Of a DNA stretch of 32,000 nucleotides, positions 7,724-17,237 are shown piece after piece. The notes beneath the pieces were generated by a model. That model had not been told where the DNA came from and searched no databases. It saw only the letters and a program-made list of their open reading frames with translations. Position 1 is the first letter of the stretch, and each line of letters begins with the position of its first letter. Where the stretch lies: positions 900,001-932,000 of the forward strand of contig NC_010296.1 in NCBI RefSeq assembly GCF_000010625.1. The letters run 5' to 3'. Both the position numbers and the translations under genes were made by a program. Source of the stretch: Microcystis aeruginosa NIES-843. Its GTDB lineage: Bacteria > Cyanobacteriota > Cyanobacteriia > Cyanobacteriales > Microcystaceae.

Positions 7724-9145
7724 GGCTCTTCGGGAATTGTTATGCAAATAATTAACTTAAAATAAAATTCGATGAGAGCGCCTACGCTCAAAAGTAGCTG
7801 AAATCCATATAGGGAAGGACTTAAGGCATCAACAGGTTAATACCAAAAGATAGACAATCGAGTTAAGATTTGATATAATAGCCAAAAACCAGAGTATTTT
7901 ACTTATGATACTTGACAAATTTTTGAACCTAGAAGGAACCTGTATTCAAGGCTATCGACACCTAGAAAATATCGGTATAGTTTGACCAGTCGAATCGAAA
8001 AATAAAAAAGCAACCTGTCCTCGTTGTGGCTTAGAAAGCGATAAACTCCACCAAAATCATCGACATTTAGTCAAAGATTTACCAATCTCAGGACAACCAG
8101 TGTACCTACAGGTTAATCGTCGTCAATTTAAGTGCGATAATTGTCGAAAACCCTTTAGCGAAGAGTTAGATTTTGTCGCCAAGAAACGAACCTATACGAA
8201 AAGACTAGCCGAGAATATACTCGAACAATTAAAAGAAGGAGATATTTTAAATGTTAGCCGAAGAAATAACGTAACGGAAGAAGAGATTCAAAGAATGGTA
8301 GAGGACATCGCCGAAGAAATTACAGAGCCAGATTTATCGAAATTAAAAAGACTAGGAATTGATGAAATCGCTCTAGTCAAAGGACAAAAAAATTACTGTG
8401 CGGTTTTAGTAAATTTAGATACGGGAAAACTAATAGCTATTCTAGAGAAGCGAACACAAGAAGAGTTGAGAGAAACGCTTACAGGCTGGGGAAAAGAGGT
8501 GTTAGAGCAAATTGAAGAAGTGAGCATAGACCTTTGGTTGCCCTATAAAAATTTGGTGAAAGAATTGATGCCATCGGCCGAGGTAGTCGCCGATAGATTC
8601 CATGTCATGAAACAAATTAATCAAGAGTTAGACGAACAGAGAAGAGCGGAAAAAAGAGCCGTAGAAGCGCAGAAAAATAAAAAACAGAAAGCAGAAAAAG
8701 AAGCAAAGCTAGAAGTTTTAAAGCGAAGTAAATATAGCCTGTTAAAAAATGAAGAAGATTTAACGGAACCCCAAAAAATTAAACTAGAAGCTATCAAAGA
8801 AAAATTCCCAAATTTGAAAAAGATGCAGGAATTAAAGGAAGAATTCAGAAAGATTTATGAAACCTCAGAGAATCCGACAGAGGGAATGCTATCCATCTCG
8901 GAATGGTTGGCAAAATCCTCCAGTGTTTTTACCAAGAGTTGTCAAACAATCCGAAACTGGTTTGGAGAAATCATTAGTTATTTTGAGCGAAGGACAACGA
9001 ATGGGGTGGTCGAGGGAATCAACAATAAACTTAAACTAATAAAACGGAGAGGCTATGGCTTGAGAAACTTTCGGAATTTTTGGGTTAGAAGTATGTTGTC
9101 TTGGCATCTTGTCTGTTGATTTAGCATAAAGGGTAACGAAGAGCC
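7724..9145 (+). mobile_element. ISL3-family insertion sequence (1422 bp) inserted in the kinase gene
   Basis: IRL is GGCTCTTCGGGAATTG at 7724; IRR is ...GGGTAACGAAGAGCC ending at 9145. 8-bp TSD AAAATGGT at 7716-7723 and 9146-9153. GG ends and an 8-bp TSD are typical of ISL3. Confidence 0.9.
7905..9119 (+). pseudogene. ISL3-family transposase with an in-frame TGA at codon 27
   Basis: ATG at 7905 is in frame with the 8100-9119 ORF. Zinc-finger-like CPRCG...CDNCRKPF N-terminus, and DDE region with ...IDEIALVKGQKNYCAVLV...ADRFHVMK... The stop TGA lies at 7983-7985. Confidence 0.8.
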
Positions 9146-9721
9146 AAAATGGTGATCTATGTTTAATTGACTATGATAGTTTATATGTTCCTCAATTAAG
9201 CAACGAAACCGACAATATTAAAGGACTCCCTGGTTATCAACATCCTAACAGAAATAAGTTATCTAAATTAAGTCCAAAAGCTGACTATTTCTCAGAAATG
9301 GTAATTTATTTATCATTGCTTGTTCTATCAGAAAATCCCAACTATTGGCAACAAATACAACCAGAGGAAAGACTACTATTTTCCGAAAAAGACCTAATTA
9401 AACCTAATTCATCCAAGATTTTTAAAGAACTTAAAAATCTTTCTCCTGAGATTGTGTATTTTACCCAAGAATTAGAGAAATTTTGTCAACAATCAAATAT
9501 TGAAAACCTACAACCTCTTGAAAATTTAGTCAACAATTACACAGGAGCTAAATGGAGTTTTGTGCCTCCTACTAACCCTATTCCAATCGTTACTTCACCT
9601 GTTCCTGTAGTTAATCCCGCATTTCTCACAAACTGAATTAAGAACCTAATTTGGAGGTTAAAAGTTGGTGTTTTTCAAAAATAAGAGAAACCCGCTTAGT
9701 TATCAAGGAATAATCTGAATA

Positions 9722-10755
9722 TAGCAATTCTTGGAGCTATGAGGTACAATAGAAAGTAAATAGACAAATAATAGAACTTACCAGCTTCCTATGAGACCCT
9801 ATTCCGTAGATTTTCGCCAAAAAATTATCGATGTCTGGAAGAAAGAAAAAATTTCCATTCGAGGACTAGCCCAGAGATTTGACGTGGCTAAAAGCTTTAT
9901 TCAGAAGTTATTGAAGCAACATAAAGAAACAGGAGATATCCGTCCTCGTCCGCAAGGGGGAAGTCCGCCAACCAAGTTAAATAGTGAACAACTGATAATT
10001 TTAATAGAAATCATCGAAGCTAACAATGATGCAACTCTCGAAGAATTATCGGACTTACTGTATGAAAAGACACAGGTGAAAGTCAGTAGAGCCACCCTGG
10101 GGCGGCTTACGCAAAAACTCAATTACAGTTTCAAAAAAAAACACTACACGCGGCGGAAAAAGAAAGTGACAGGGTACAGCAAAAAAGAGTGGAATACTGG
10201 TCAGAAGTTCGGGAAATTGAGGCATCAAAACTAATTTTCATCGATGAATCGGGGGTAAATTTAGCCCTTTTGAGACTCTATGCTAGAGCCTTAATTGGCC
10301 GAAGAGCTCGGGGAAGAAAACCACAAAAAAGAGGGAGAAATATTTCAATAATTAGTGCTATAAGCTGAGAAAAAGTTGTCGCATCAGTCAACATATACGG
10401 TGCAGTGGATGCGGTAACATTTGAAGGATTTATTCTAAAGGAAGTGCTGCCAAAAATTAAAGAAGGAGACTGTCTGATCATGGATAACGCCAAGATTCAT
10501 CTCGGAGAAATGGTCAGAGAAATAATCGAACAAGAAAAAGCTAGACTCATCTATTTACCTCCTTATTCTCCCGAATTCTCTCCTATTGAAAACTTTTGGT
10601 CAAAAGTGAAAGCGACGTTAAGAAAACTGAAGGCGAGAACTTACAAAGACTTAATAGAAGGGATTGAATTGGCTATGTTAGAAGTTACTCAAAAAGATAT
10701 TCGCAATTGGTTTACTCACTGTTGCTACTGTACCTCATAAGTCAGAGAATTGCTA
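9722..10755 (+). mobile_element. IS630-family element (1034 bp) nested in IS1380 copy A
   Basis: Imperfect ~26-bp IRs: TAGCAATTCTTGGAGCTATGAGGTAC / GTACCTCATAAGTCAGAGAATTGCTA. TA duplication at 9720-9721 and 10756-10757. The empty site is visible in copy B (about 22140-22150), with one substitution. Confidence 0.85.
9791..10740 (+). pseudogene. IS630-family transposase (frame change at an A9 run, plus an in-frame TGA)
   Basis: HTH N-terminus from 9791. Continuation requires a -1 shift at A9 (10133-10141). The downstream frame (LIFIDESGVN...DNAKIH...YLPPYSPEFSPIENFWSKVK) contains TGA at 10366-10368. Confidence 0.8.
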
Positions 10756-11098
10756 TAAACTAATCAAAAAATTCCTGAATTACTGGAAAAATTCCGTCAA
10801 TTAGGGAAAATGTTCACGACAAAGTTAGCTGAATTTATAAGCAGCCATTTTTAAGACTATTTAATGATCTTTGAAAACTCTTCAACTTATCCAGTTCCCG
10901 CTATCGCTTGAATTCTAGAGTAAGCTATCGCTAAAATATCTTGATAGGGACAAGAACTGGCAATTGCGATTAAAATTCTTCTGACACTAACAGTAATTCT
11001 AGCTCCTAATTTAAGGAAATTAAGGCGAATTGTTCCCACTGTCGCTTTGGCAAAAGAAGTTTTAGCCAAACAATTTTGACGAAAAGCTTGCATTAAAA

Positions 11099-13172
11099 CC
11101 CACATTCCGCACCCTAAGTGTCACAACGTCTCAAAAGAGGAAGGGGCGCGAGTCAAAATACTTATCTAGAGGAGTGAGTTGGCGGCAAGCTGCCGGCAAC
11201 TAAGCCGAAAATTTCAGAGTTCCCCCGGTCATTCTCAATAAACAGTGCTTGTTGAGAATGACTAGGCAATCAGACTTAACATCTAGGGGGAGATGTTCCA
11301 GTTGCTCGCTTTGTTTTGTCACCCCTTGAAGTCAATCCATCTGGTCAAGATAAGAGATAATATTCCTGGCAAGGTTTGGGAAAAAATCTCAAAATGTTGC
11401 GCCTCTCATCCGTTAAGTTGCTAATCTTTTGATTGTCTTGAATACGGACGAGATGAATCCCTTGAAAGCACTGAAATATCCAGCGTAACGTCGGTCGGTC
11501 AGTTAACTTACCCAACGGATTTTTCAGTCCCGTCTCCTGCTGTTTTAAACTTAAACGAAGTTGTCTTTGACCAATAGTATAAACCAGCAGGCACAAGCCC
11601 ATGAGCATGGCCATGACCTCGATTCTATGGGGAGATTTGAGAAAGACACTGTGGGCAAAAAAGCAGGGGTCTTTGAGAAAAGAAAATCCTCTTTCCGGAG
11701 CTTGTTGCCCTTTATATTTTTTGAGTATATCCTCACTGCTTAATCGTTGTTTCTCCAAATCGTTAGTTGCTAAAACGAATCGTCCTGCTCGTTTCTTTAG
11801 CCTCTCAATGGCGGTCAAATTCAACTCTAATTCGGCTTGAACTTGATAGCTTTGAGAGGGTAAATCGTCTTTTGATTTGAGTTTTGACCCCTGGGACTCA
11901 GGCGGAATGAGATTGACTTTAATCTCCGTTAACTGATGAGATTTTAAGGAGTCAGATAATCCTTTGGCTATCGCCAACGCCACCGCTCTATTCTCAAATT
12001 CTCTTCGGGATAGTTGCCGGATTTTTTCTTGGGCAGAATTCTTTTCCTGCTCGATTTTTTTCTCTAATTTTTTCAAGTCTGATTCTTGTCTAGCTTGACT
12101 TTCAACTAGCAACCATCTTTGTTCTATCCCCCCATAGTTAGAGATGGTTTCCCGCCAGGAATAACCCGGTATTTCTGAATCGGTTAACTCTTTTTCTGAG
12201 ATGCTATCAACCAACTCTTGAGCCTCTTTAATGCTTAATGGTACTCGAGACAACCAACGCATTTCTTTCATTAGTTTTAAATTCTCTTTGCTATAGAGGG
12301 CGCTATCGCCGACTATTAAACTGTCAAAGTCAACTTGTTTTTTAAATTCTCGGGCGATTTGACCAAAAACCGCTTTGTCCGCTTCATTTCCGTCCCCTAC
12401 TTTCAGGAATAAAGGTACATCTCCATCCCCACTTACGATTAAGTCAATCATAAATTGTTTTAAGTCAGGTCTTCGGTCGCGGGAGTATCCGTAGGTAATT
12501 TTTATTGGCTGTTGTCTGGTTTCAATTTCTTCTCCCACTGCTCCTGATTTCAGGATTTCTACTGTTGGGTATTCCTTGTTATATTCTCCTTCTACTGATA
12601 GAGAAGTCGAATCTAAATGGGAGTTCTCGGTTGCTACACCAAATTTTTTCACGGCCGCTAAACTAATCAGTAGGAAAATGACCGAAACATTAAGTTGATA
12701 AAGTTTGTCCATTACTCGACCAATTTTATCATCATTCAGGTGTTTTGGTTCGATGCCCTCTCCCAGCAGATGTTCGGTTGCTTTATCTTCAAAAAATTGA
12801 GGAAATAAATACAAGGCTCGGGAGACAAATCCCAATCCATTCAGGATAATTGCTTTCACGACTTGCCCAGCTGTGACAATTTCTCCTCGCTCAATTGAGA
12901 CTTGTTCGTTGATAATTTCAACGATTCCTATTTCATCGATAATTCCGGCTACTAATCCCAGATGGTCTAGATTTTTGACTTCAATTTCTGTTGATTGATT
13001 CATGGTCGAACAGTCCACTCGCCTCAGTTTTCCAACAATTCCTATTTTTTCATAATTAGGGGTCTCAAGACCCCCCTAGCGGCCACCGAGAAAACCTTCA
13101 CCAGCTAGGTATTTTTACTCAAGTCTCTGGAGGGGGACAGCTTATGTGACAGTTGAGGGTGCGGAATGTGGG
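11099..13172 (-). mobile_element. IS1634-family element (2074 bp) nested in the IS1380 copy A transposase gene
   Basis: IRs CCCACATTCCGCACCC (11099-) and GGGTGCGGAATGTGGG (-13172). 6-bp TSD TTAAAA at 11093-11098 and 13173-13178. The uninterrupted target is seen in copy B. Confidence 0.85.
11345..13018 (-). CDS. IS1634-family (IS4-related) DDE transposase, apparently intact
   Basis: 557 aa. The N-terminus LDHLGLVAGIIDEIGIVEIIN...VVKAIILNGLGFVSRALYLFPQFF is characteristic of IS1634-type transposases. Confidence 0.9.
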   Translation of the reverse strand: MDCSTMNQSTEIEVKNLDHLGLVAGIIDEIGIVEIINEQVSIERGEIVTAGQVVKAIILNGLGFVSRALYLFPQFFEDKATEHLLGEGIEPKHLNDDKIGRVMDKLYQLNVSVIFLLISLAAVKKFGVATENSHLDSTSLSVEGEYNKEYPTVEILKSGAVGEEIETRQQPIKITYGYSRDRRPDLKQFMIDLIVSGDGDVPLFLKVGDGNEADKAVFGQIAREFKKQVDFDSLIVGDSALYSKENLKLMKEMRWLSRVPLSIKEAQELVDSISEKELTDSEIPGYSWRETISNYGGIEQRWLLVESQARQESDLKKLEKKIEQEKNSAQEKIRQLSRREFENRAVALAIAKGLSDSLKSHQLTEIKVNLIPPESQGSKLKSKDDLPSQSYQVQAELELNLTAIERLKKRAGRFVLATNDLEKQRLSSEDILKKYKGQQAPERGFSFLKDPCFFAHSVFLKSPHRIEVMAMLMGLCLLVYTIGQRQLRLSLKQQETGLKNPLGKLTDRPTLRWIFQCFQGIHLVRIQDNQKISNLTDERRNILRFFPKPCQEYYLLS

Positions 13173-15265
13173 TTAAAACATAAGCCATTGATGACAACCA
13201 AAGTCTTAATTGATTACTCTCAAATGTCTGTGTCGAATTCCGGTCAGCAAATAAGTCTAATTGTTGCTCTTTAATTCGATTTGACCTCTCACCTCTGGGG
13301 CAATATTTTTCAGTGTAAAGTTTAGATGGGGGAATCTTTGATGCAGGTAAAGAAGTCACAACGTGGCGAATTTTTACGCCCTCACTACCAGGACAAACTT
13401 TTGTCACCACTCTTCTTGAACGGCTCCAGGATTTTTGGGTTTGATAACATAGGGAACGATACCAAGTCGATTCTGGTACCAATTTCGCCAATTCTCCTAA
13501 CTCTTCATCGGGAGAAAATAACGTCTCCATTAATTCAGTAACTGGCTGAAGTCTTTGCTCGTAATCTGCCTTAGCTTTCTCAATTACATCGGTCGCTCGT
13601 AATTTTAATTGACTATTCGTTGCCATTGCTAAAACATAATCAACTCCTGCTTGACTTTCGCAAAATTTCATGATATCTTCACGGGAATAGGCACTATCTC
13701 CTCGTACTAATATCTGCGTATCTGACCATTTTTCTCGAATTATACCGATTATTCGCTGCAATTCTTCTAATGCTCCCCCAGCAGTATCTACATGAGAAGA
13801 CCGGAGTTTAGCTACTAATAAATGATGCTCACAGAAAATATACAAAGGAGCATAACACACTCCTTTATAATAAGTATTGAAAAACGCTCCCTCTTGATTT
13901 CCATGCACTTGGTCATCGGTGACATCCATGTCTAAAATAATTGGTTTCGGTGGCTTTTTGTAGGATTCTAGAAAGATGTCCACAAAAGCTTTTTCAATTT
14001 CTTTGGGGTTAGGCTCGATTTTATGGTAACGACTGTTCTCTTGATTGATGACTGTTTCCGGACAATATTCTAGTCGATTAATTGTACTTTTTCCCGCTAA
14101 ATTTGCTTGGGCTGAGTCAATAAAATTTAGTTTTTTCAATGCTATTGCTAAAGCTGGAGCATGACGTAATTTATCATGATCATTGACATCCTCATATCCC
14201 AAAAATATCCCATAAACTCTTTGTGCGAGTAGTTCATGAACTGAATAATCTAGATATGATGAATTTCGATAATCTCGAAAACATTCGGCAAACCGAGCCG
14301 TTATTTTTAGCTTTTGGTCTAACTCTGCCATCAAAATAATTCCTGCATCTGAGGTGATTTTTCCTCCCTCAAAATTAGCGATTACTTGTCTTCCATTGAG
14401 GTTTCCAAAATTTAATTGATTGAGTCGAGACTGGTCTGAACTAGGAGTCATAAACTTGACATACTTTAAATAGTTTTAATGATTAAATTATAGCAAGCTT
14501 TTGACTTCATTCTCTACTTAAAATTGAGACTTTATCAACTAATTAACCTAAAAATACGCATTTTAAATTTGTTCTTTTTTCAAGGTCTAATTGATGATGA
14601 GCTTAAGTTGAATCCTAACAACACACTGTCGTTTTTGCTACAAGGCGATCACCCAGTCAAAACCCAGATTTTGTAAGGCTTCGGGGGTTGGTGATCGTAC
14701 TTTTTGTGAGAAATGCGGGGTTACTGGAGCGAAAAAATCCAACAACTGAAAAAAGACCTCAAAAAAATTACCGATGACCAAGAGGAAAACTATCGTCAGC
14801 GTCAGATTCAATGGATGGAAGCAACGCTAACGGCCGTGATCGTCAGCGAGGAACAGGGAGAGATCGACAAATTCCAGAAACACGGGTTAGATATTACCAG
14901 CCATCGCAGTGTGATCAAAAACGGCTTTCAACTGGCGGACGGTAAAAGGATCAGCCCAGAAAATGCCTTTAAACAAGCCGATCACCCCTTTCGGATCGCC
15001 ATCGTCTGCGCCATGTGGTTGACCGGTTTCGATGTTCCCTCCCTCTCCACCCTCTACCTCGATAAACCCCTGAAAGCTCATACGCTCATGCAAGTGATCG
15101 CTCGTGCTAACCGGGTTAACGAGGGCAAAACCAACGGTTTAATCGTGGATTACTGCGGAATCCTCAAAAATCTCCGTCAAGCTCTCGCCGATCTCGCCCA
15201 AATTTCCGATCAGGGACGTGGCGAAGACCATCTTAGTCTCGACCCCACGAAACCGCAAGAAAATT

Positions 15266-16212
15266 GGTAATGATTCGGTAGTAGTGGCGTAGCTCTCTTG
15301 CTTACCTGGTATGAATTGTGTAAAATATTTATTAATAAAAATAATTGGCTCGAATCAGTCTTTAAACCTCTAGCTTGATCATGACTTTTCTGATAAATAT
15401 CTTTTTCTGGCTCCTGTCTGGCTTACTGAAATATCAGTCTAGCACCGAACAAAGTACCCCCTTCACCTCCGTTCCCCTGTCCTAATTGTGGTTCTCACCA
15501 TACGATCAAGAATGGTTCTATTCATAATGGAAAACCCAAACGTCAAGGTAAAGAATGTGGTCGTCAGTTGGTGATCAATCCCACTAATAAAACCGTCTCT
15601 GACGAAACCAAACAATTAATTGATAAACTCTTGCTCGAACGAATTTCCTGACGAGGAATTGCTAGAGTAACAGGGGTAAGTTGGTCATGGTTACAAAATT
15701 ATGTCAACAATAAACTGGCGGCTGTCCCCCGTCAAATAAAGGTTTCGGACAAACCAAAAGGTAAATTGGTTAGAGAATGTGATGAAATGTGGTCTTTTGT
15801 TTTTTCTAAGACGATAAAGGTCTATATTTGGCGGTTAATTGATAAAAATGCAAGGGAAATTATTGGTTGCTATGCGCGGAGATAGGAGTCGTCAATCAGC
15901 CAAAAAACTTTGGGCTAGTTTACCAGGTGTTTACCGACAATGTGCAGTTGCTTACACAGACTTTTGGGAGTCATATAAGACAGTAATTCCCAGTAAACGT
16001 CATCGACCAGTCGGGAAAGAAACTGGTCAAACTAATCCTATTGAAAGATTAAATAATACCTTTCGACAAAGGATTTCTCGGTTGGTGAGAGAGAGTCTAT
16101 CTTTCTCTAAAAAAATGGAGAATCACGTTGGGGCTGTTTGGTATTTTATCCATGACTACAATGCACACCTGGCAAAGGATTAAGCCGCCATCACTACTAC
16201 AGAATCACCACC
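15266..16212 (+). mobile_element. IS1-family element (947 bp) in hsdR
   Basis: IRs GGTAATGATTCGGTAGTAGTG / CACTACTACAGAATCACCACC (18 of 21 match). 8-bp TSD AGAAAATT at 15258-15265 and 16213-16220. Confidence 0.8.
15478..16183 (+). pseudogene. IS1-family transposase, degraded (in-frame TGA and a frameshift)
   Basis: CPNCGSHHTIKNGSIHNGKPKRQ.KECGRQ...LLLERIS*RGIARVTGVS with TGA at about 15648. The frame changes near 15870-15885 into ...GDRSRQSAKKLWASLPGVYRQCAVAYTDFWESY...IERLNNTFRQRISRLVRESLSFSKK. Confidence 0.7.
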
Positions 16213-17027
16213 AGAAAATTTACTGGATGAATTGGCCCGATCGAGGCAGTTAAAGAATTTTTGGGGGAAAGTAACGCATCCCTAGACGCGCTCCTCGAAT
16301 ATAAAATACCTAGTTTTGCCTTCAATAAAGCTATTAACGACGCGAAGGAAGCGATCAATCGAAGTGATCAGGCCCGACAAAATTTTGGACTCCTCTCTCA
16401 AGAGGTCTTCCATCTTTTTAAGGCCTGTCTTAATCAGCCATCGGTTAATCACTACCGTCCGGCTCACGACACGATTAAACTGATCTATAAATGCATTCAA
16501 GGTGATCGGGAGAAAATAGACATCGCGGAAATTCTCTTGGAAATGCGATCGGTAATCGACGGGGCGATCGATGTAACCACCGAAGCGAGGGCCGATGATA
16601 CCCCACTGTACGACATCAGTAAAATCAACTTCGAGCGTCTGAAACAGGAATTCGCCAATAGCGATCGTAAGAATACCACCGTCCAAACTCTCAAAAACGC
16701 CATCGAAAACCGTCTCCGAACAATGCTCGAGCAGAATCTGCAACGGACGAACTTTCAAGAGCATTACGAGCAGATCATCGCTGATTATAATTTCGAGAAG
16801 GATCGGGTGGCGATCGAACAGACCTTCGAGGCCTTATTGGGACTTAAACGCCAAATAAAGATCAAATCGAGTATAATCGTTAAAGAGTAAGCACTTTACG
16901 TTGAAAGATCAGCGATGAAAGAGACAACCCCAGCCGCAATGCCCCCATGCTTTGACCGATGGTGTCGGCGGTTTGACAATTGCTTCAAAAACGAAGCGCA
17001 AAAAAACGGCTTCAGACAATATTTAGG

Positions 17028-17237
17028 GTCTGCTGAAAAAGTTTTTCCTAGGGGCAGGGTGTAGGGTGTGGGGTGTGGGGTGTGGGGTTTTACCGATTTT
17101 GAGGGGGTCAATTACCTAATTTTCAGGGAAAAAGTCCCTGAATTTACCCCTGATCACTCCCATATCTGGTACTTTTTGAGGGGAAAAAAGTCCAAAAGTC
17201 TTATCCAACAAGGTTTTTAGATTTATTCAGCCAGCCC
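17028..17237. mobile_element. About 210-bp MITE inside the IS701 transposase gene
   Basis: 8-bp TSD TATTTAGG at 17020-17027 and 17238-17245. Imperfect terminal IRs (G)GTCTGCTGAA / TTCAGCCAGCC(C). No coding capacity. Confidence 0.7.
17051..17097 (+). repeat. G-run / GGGGTGT heptamer repeat tract (potential G-quadruplex) inside the MITE
   Basis: GGGGCAGGGTGTAGGGTGTGGGGTGTGGGGTGTGGGG: six G3-4 runs separated by 2-3 nt. Confidence 0.6.

Larger units (their letters stand above)
7023..9615 (+). pseudogene. Ser/Thr protein kinase of the triad, 5' three-quarters, disrupted by a MITE, an ISL3 element and IS1380
   Basis: Exonic pieces 7023-7121, 7313-7723 and 9154-9615 join in frame once the insertions and one TSD copy each are removed. 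Motifs are KYALKCW (beta3 Lys), HGDLQHGNIIV (catalytic loop) and LIDYD (DFG-equivalent). It continues at 24033-24386. Confidence 0.8.
10887..14451 (-). pseudogene. IS1380-family transposase of copy A, split by the IS1634 insertion
   Basis: ORFs 13105-14451 and 10887-11105 together equal the intact 494-aa copy-B protein. The junction is at the TTAAAA target site. Confidence 0.85.
9616..14719 (-). mobile_element. IS1380-family element, copy A (5104 bp, because it carries nested IS630 and IS1634)
   Basis: Ends are CCCGCATTTCTCACAAA (9616-) and TTTGTGAGAAATGCGGG (-14719), identical to copy B. 1988 bp + 1036 (IS630 + TA) + 2080 (IS1634 + 6-bp TSD) = 5104 exactly. Confidence 0.9.

Noticed and set aside
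9298-9636. 112-aa ORF, and likewise 7550-7765, treated as stand-alone genes.
   Set aside because: Both are in-frame pieces of the disrupted kinase. The 9298 ORF ends in a stop supplied by the IS1380 terminus.
14713-15270. 185-aa ORF starting with ATG at 14713, which could be read as an intact small gene.
   Set aside because: The ATG lies inside the IS1380 right end (GAGAAATGCGGG). The rest is an internal HsdR helicase segment, so this is a chimeric start on a truncated pseudogene.
7983-15650. In-frame TGA codons in three different transposase genes (ISL3 7983, IS630 10366, IS1 ~15648), raising the idea of TGA recoding or selenocysteine.
   Set aside because: Host genes in the window (for example PP2C, the IS630 ORF1 and rfbG) use TGA as a normal stop. 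In the IS1 and IS630 cases the position seems to correspond to a Leu in family members as I recall them, so TTA to TGA single-step nonsense mutations in an AT-rich genome are the simpler explanation. No SECIS-like context is evident.
16282-17111. Antisense ORFs 16282-16764 and 16497-16703, and the ORF 16896-17111 with a His/Pro/Thr-rich product.
   Set aside because: The first two are antisense to a recognisable HsdR C-terminal frame. The last is a translation of the complement of the (GGGGTGT)n tract and the IS701 5' region. None has family features.
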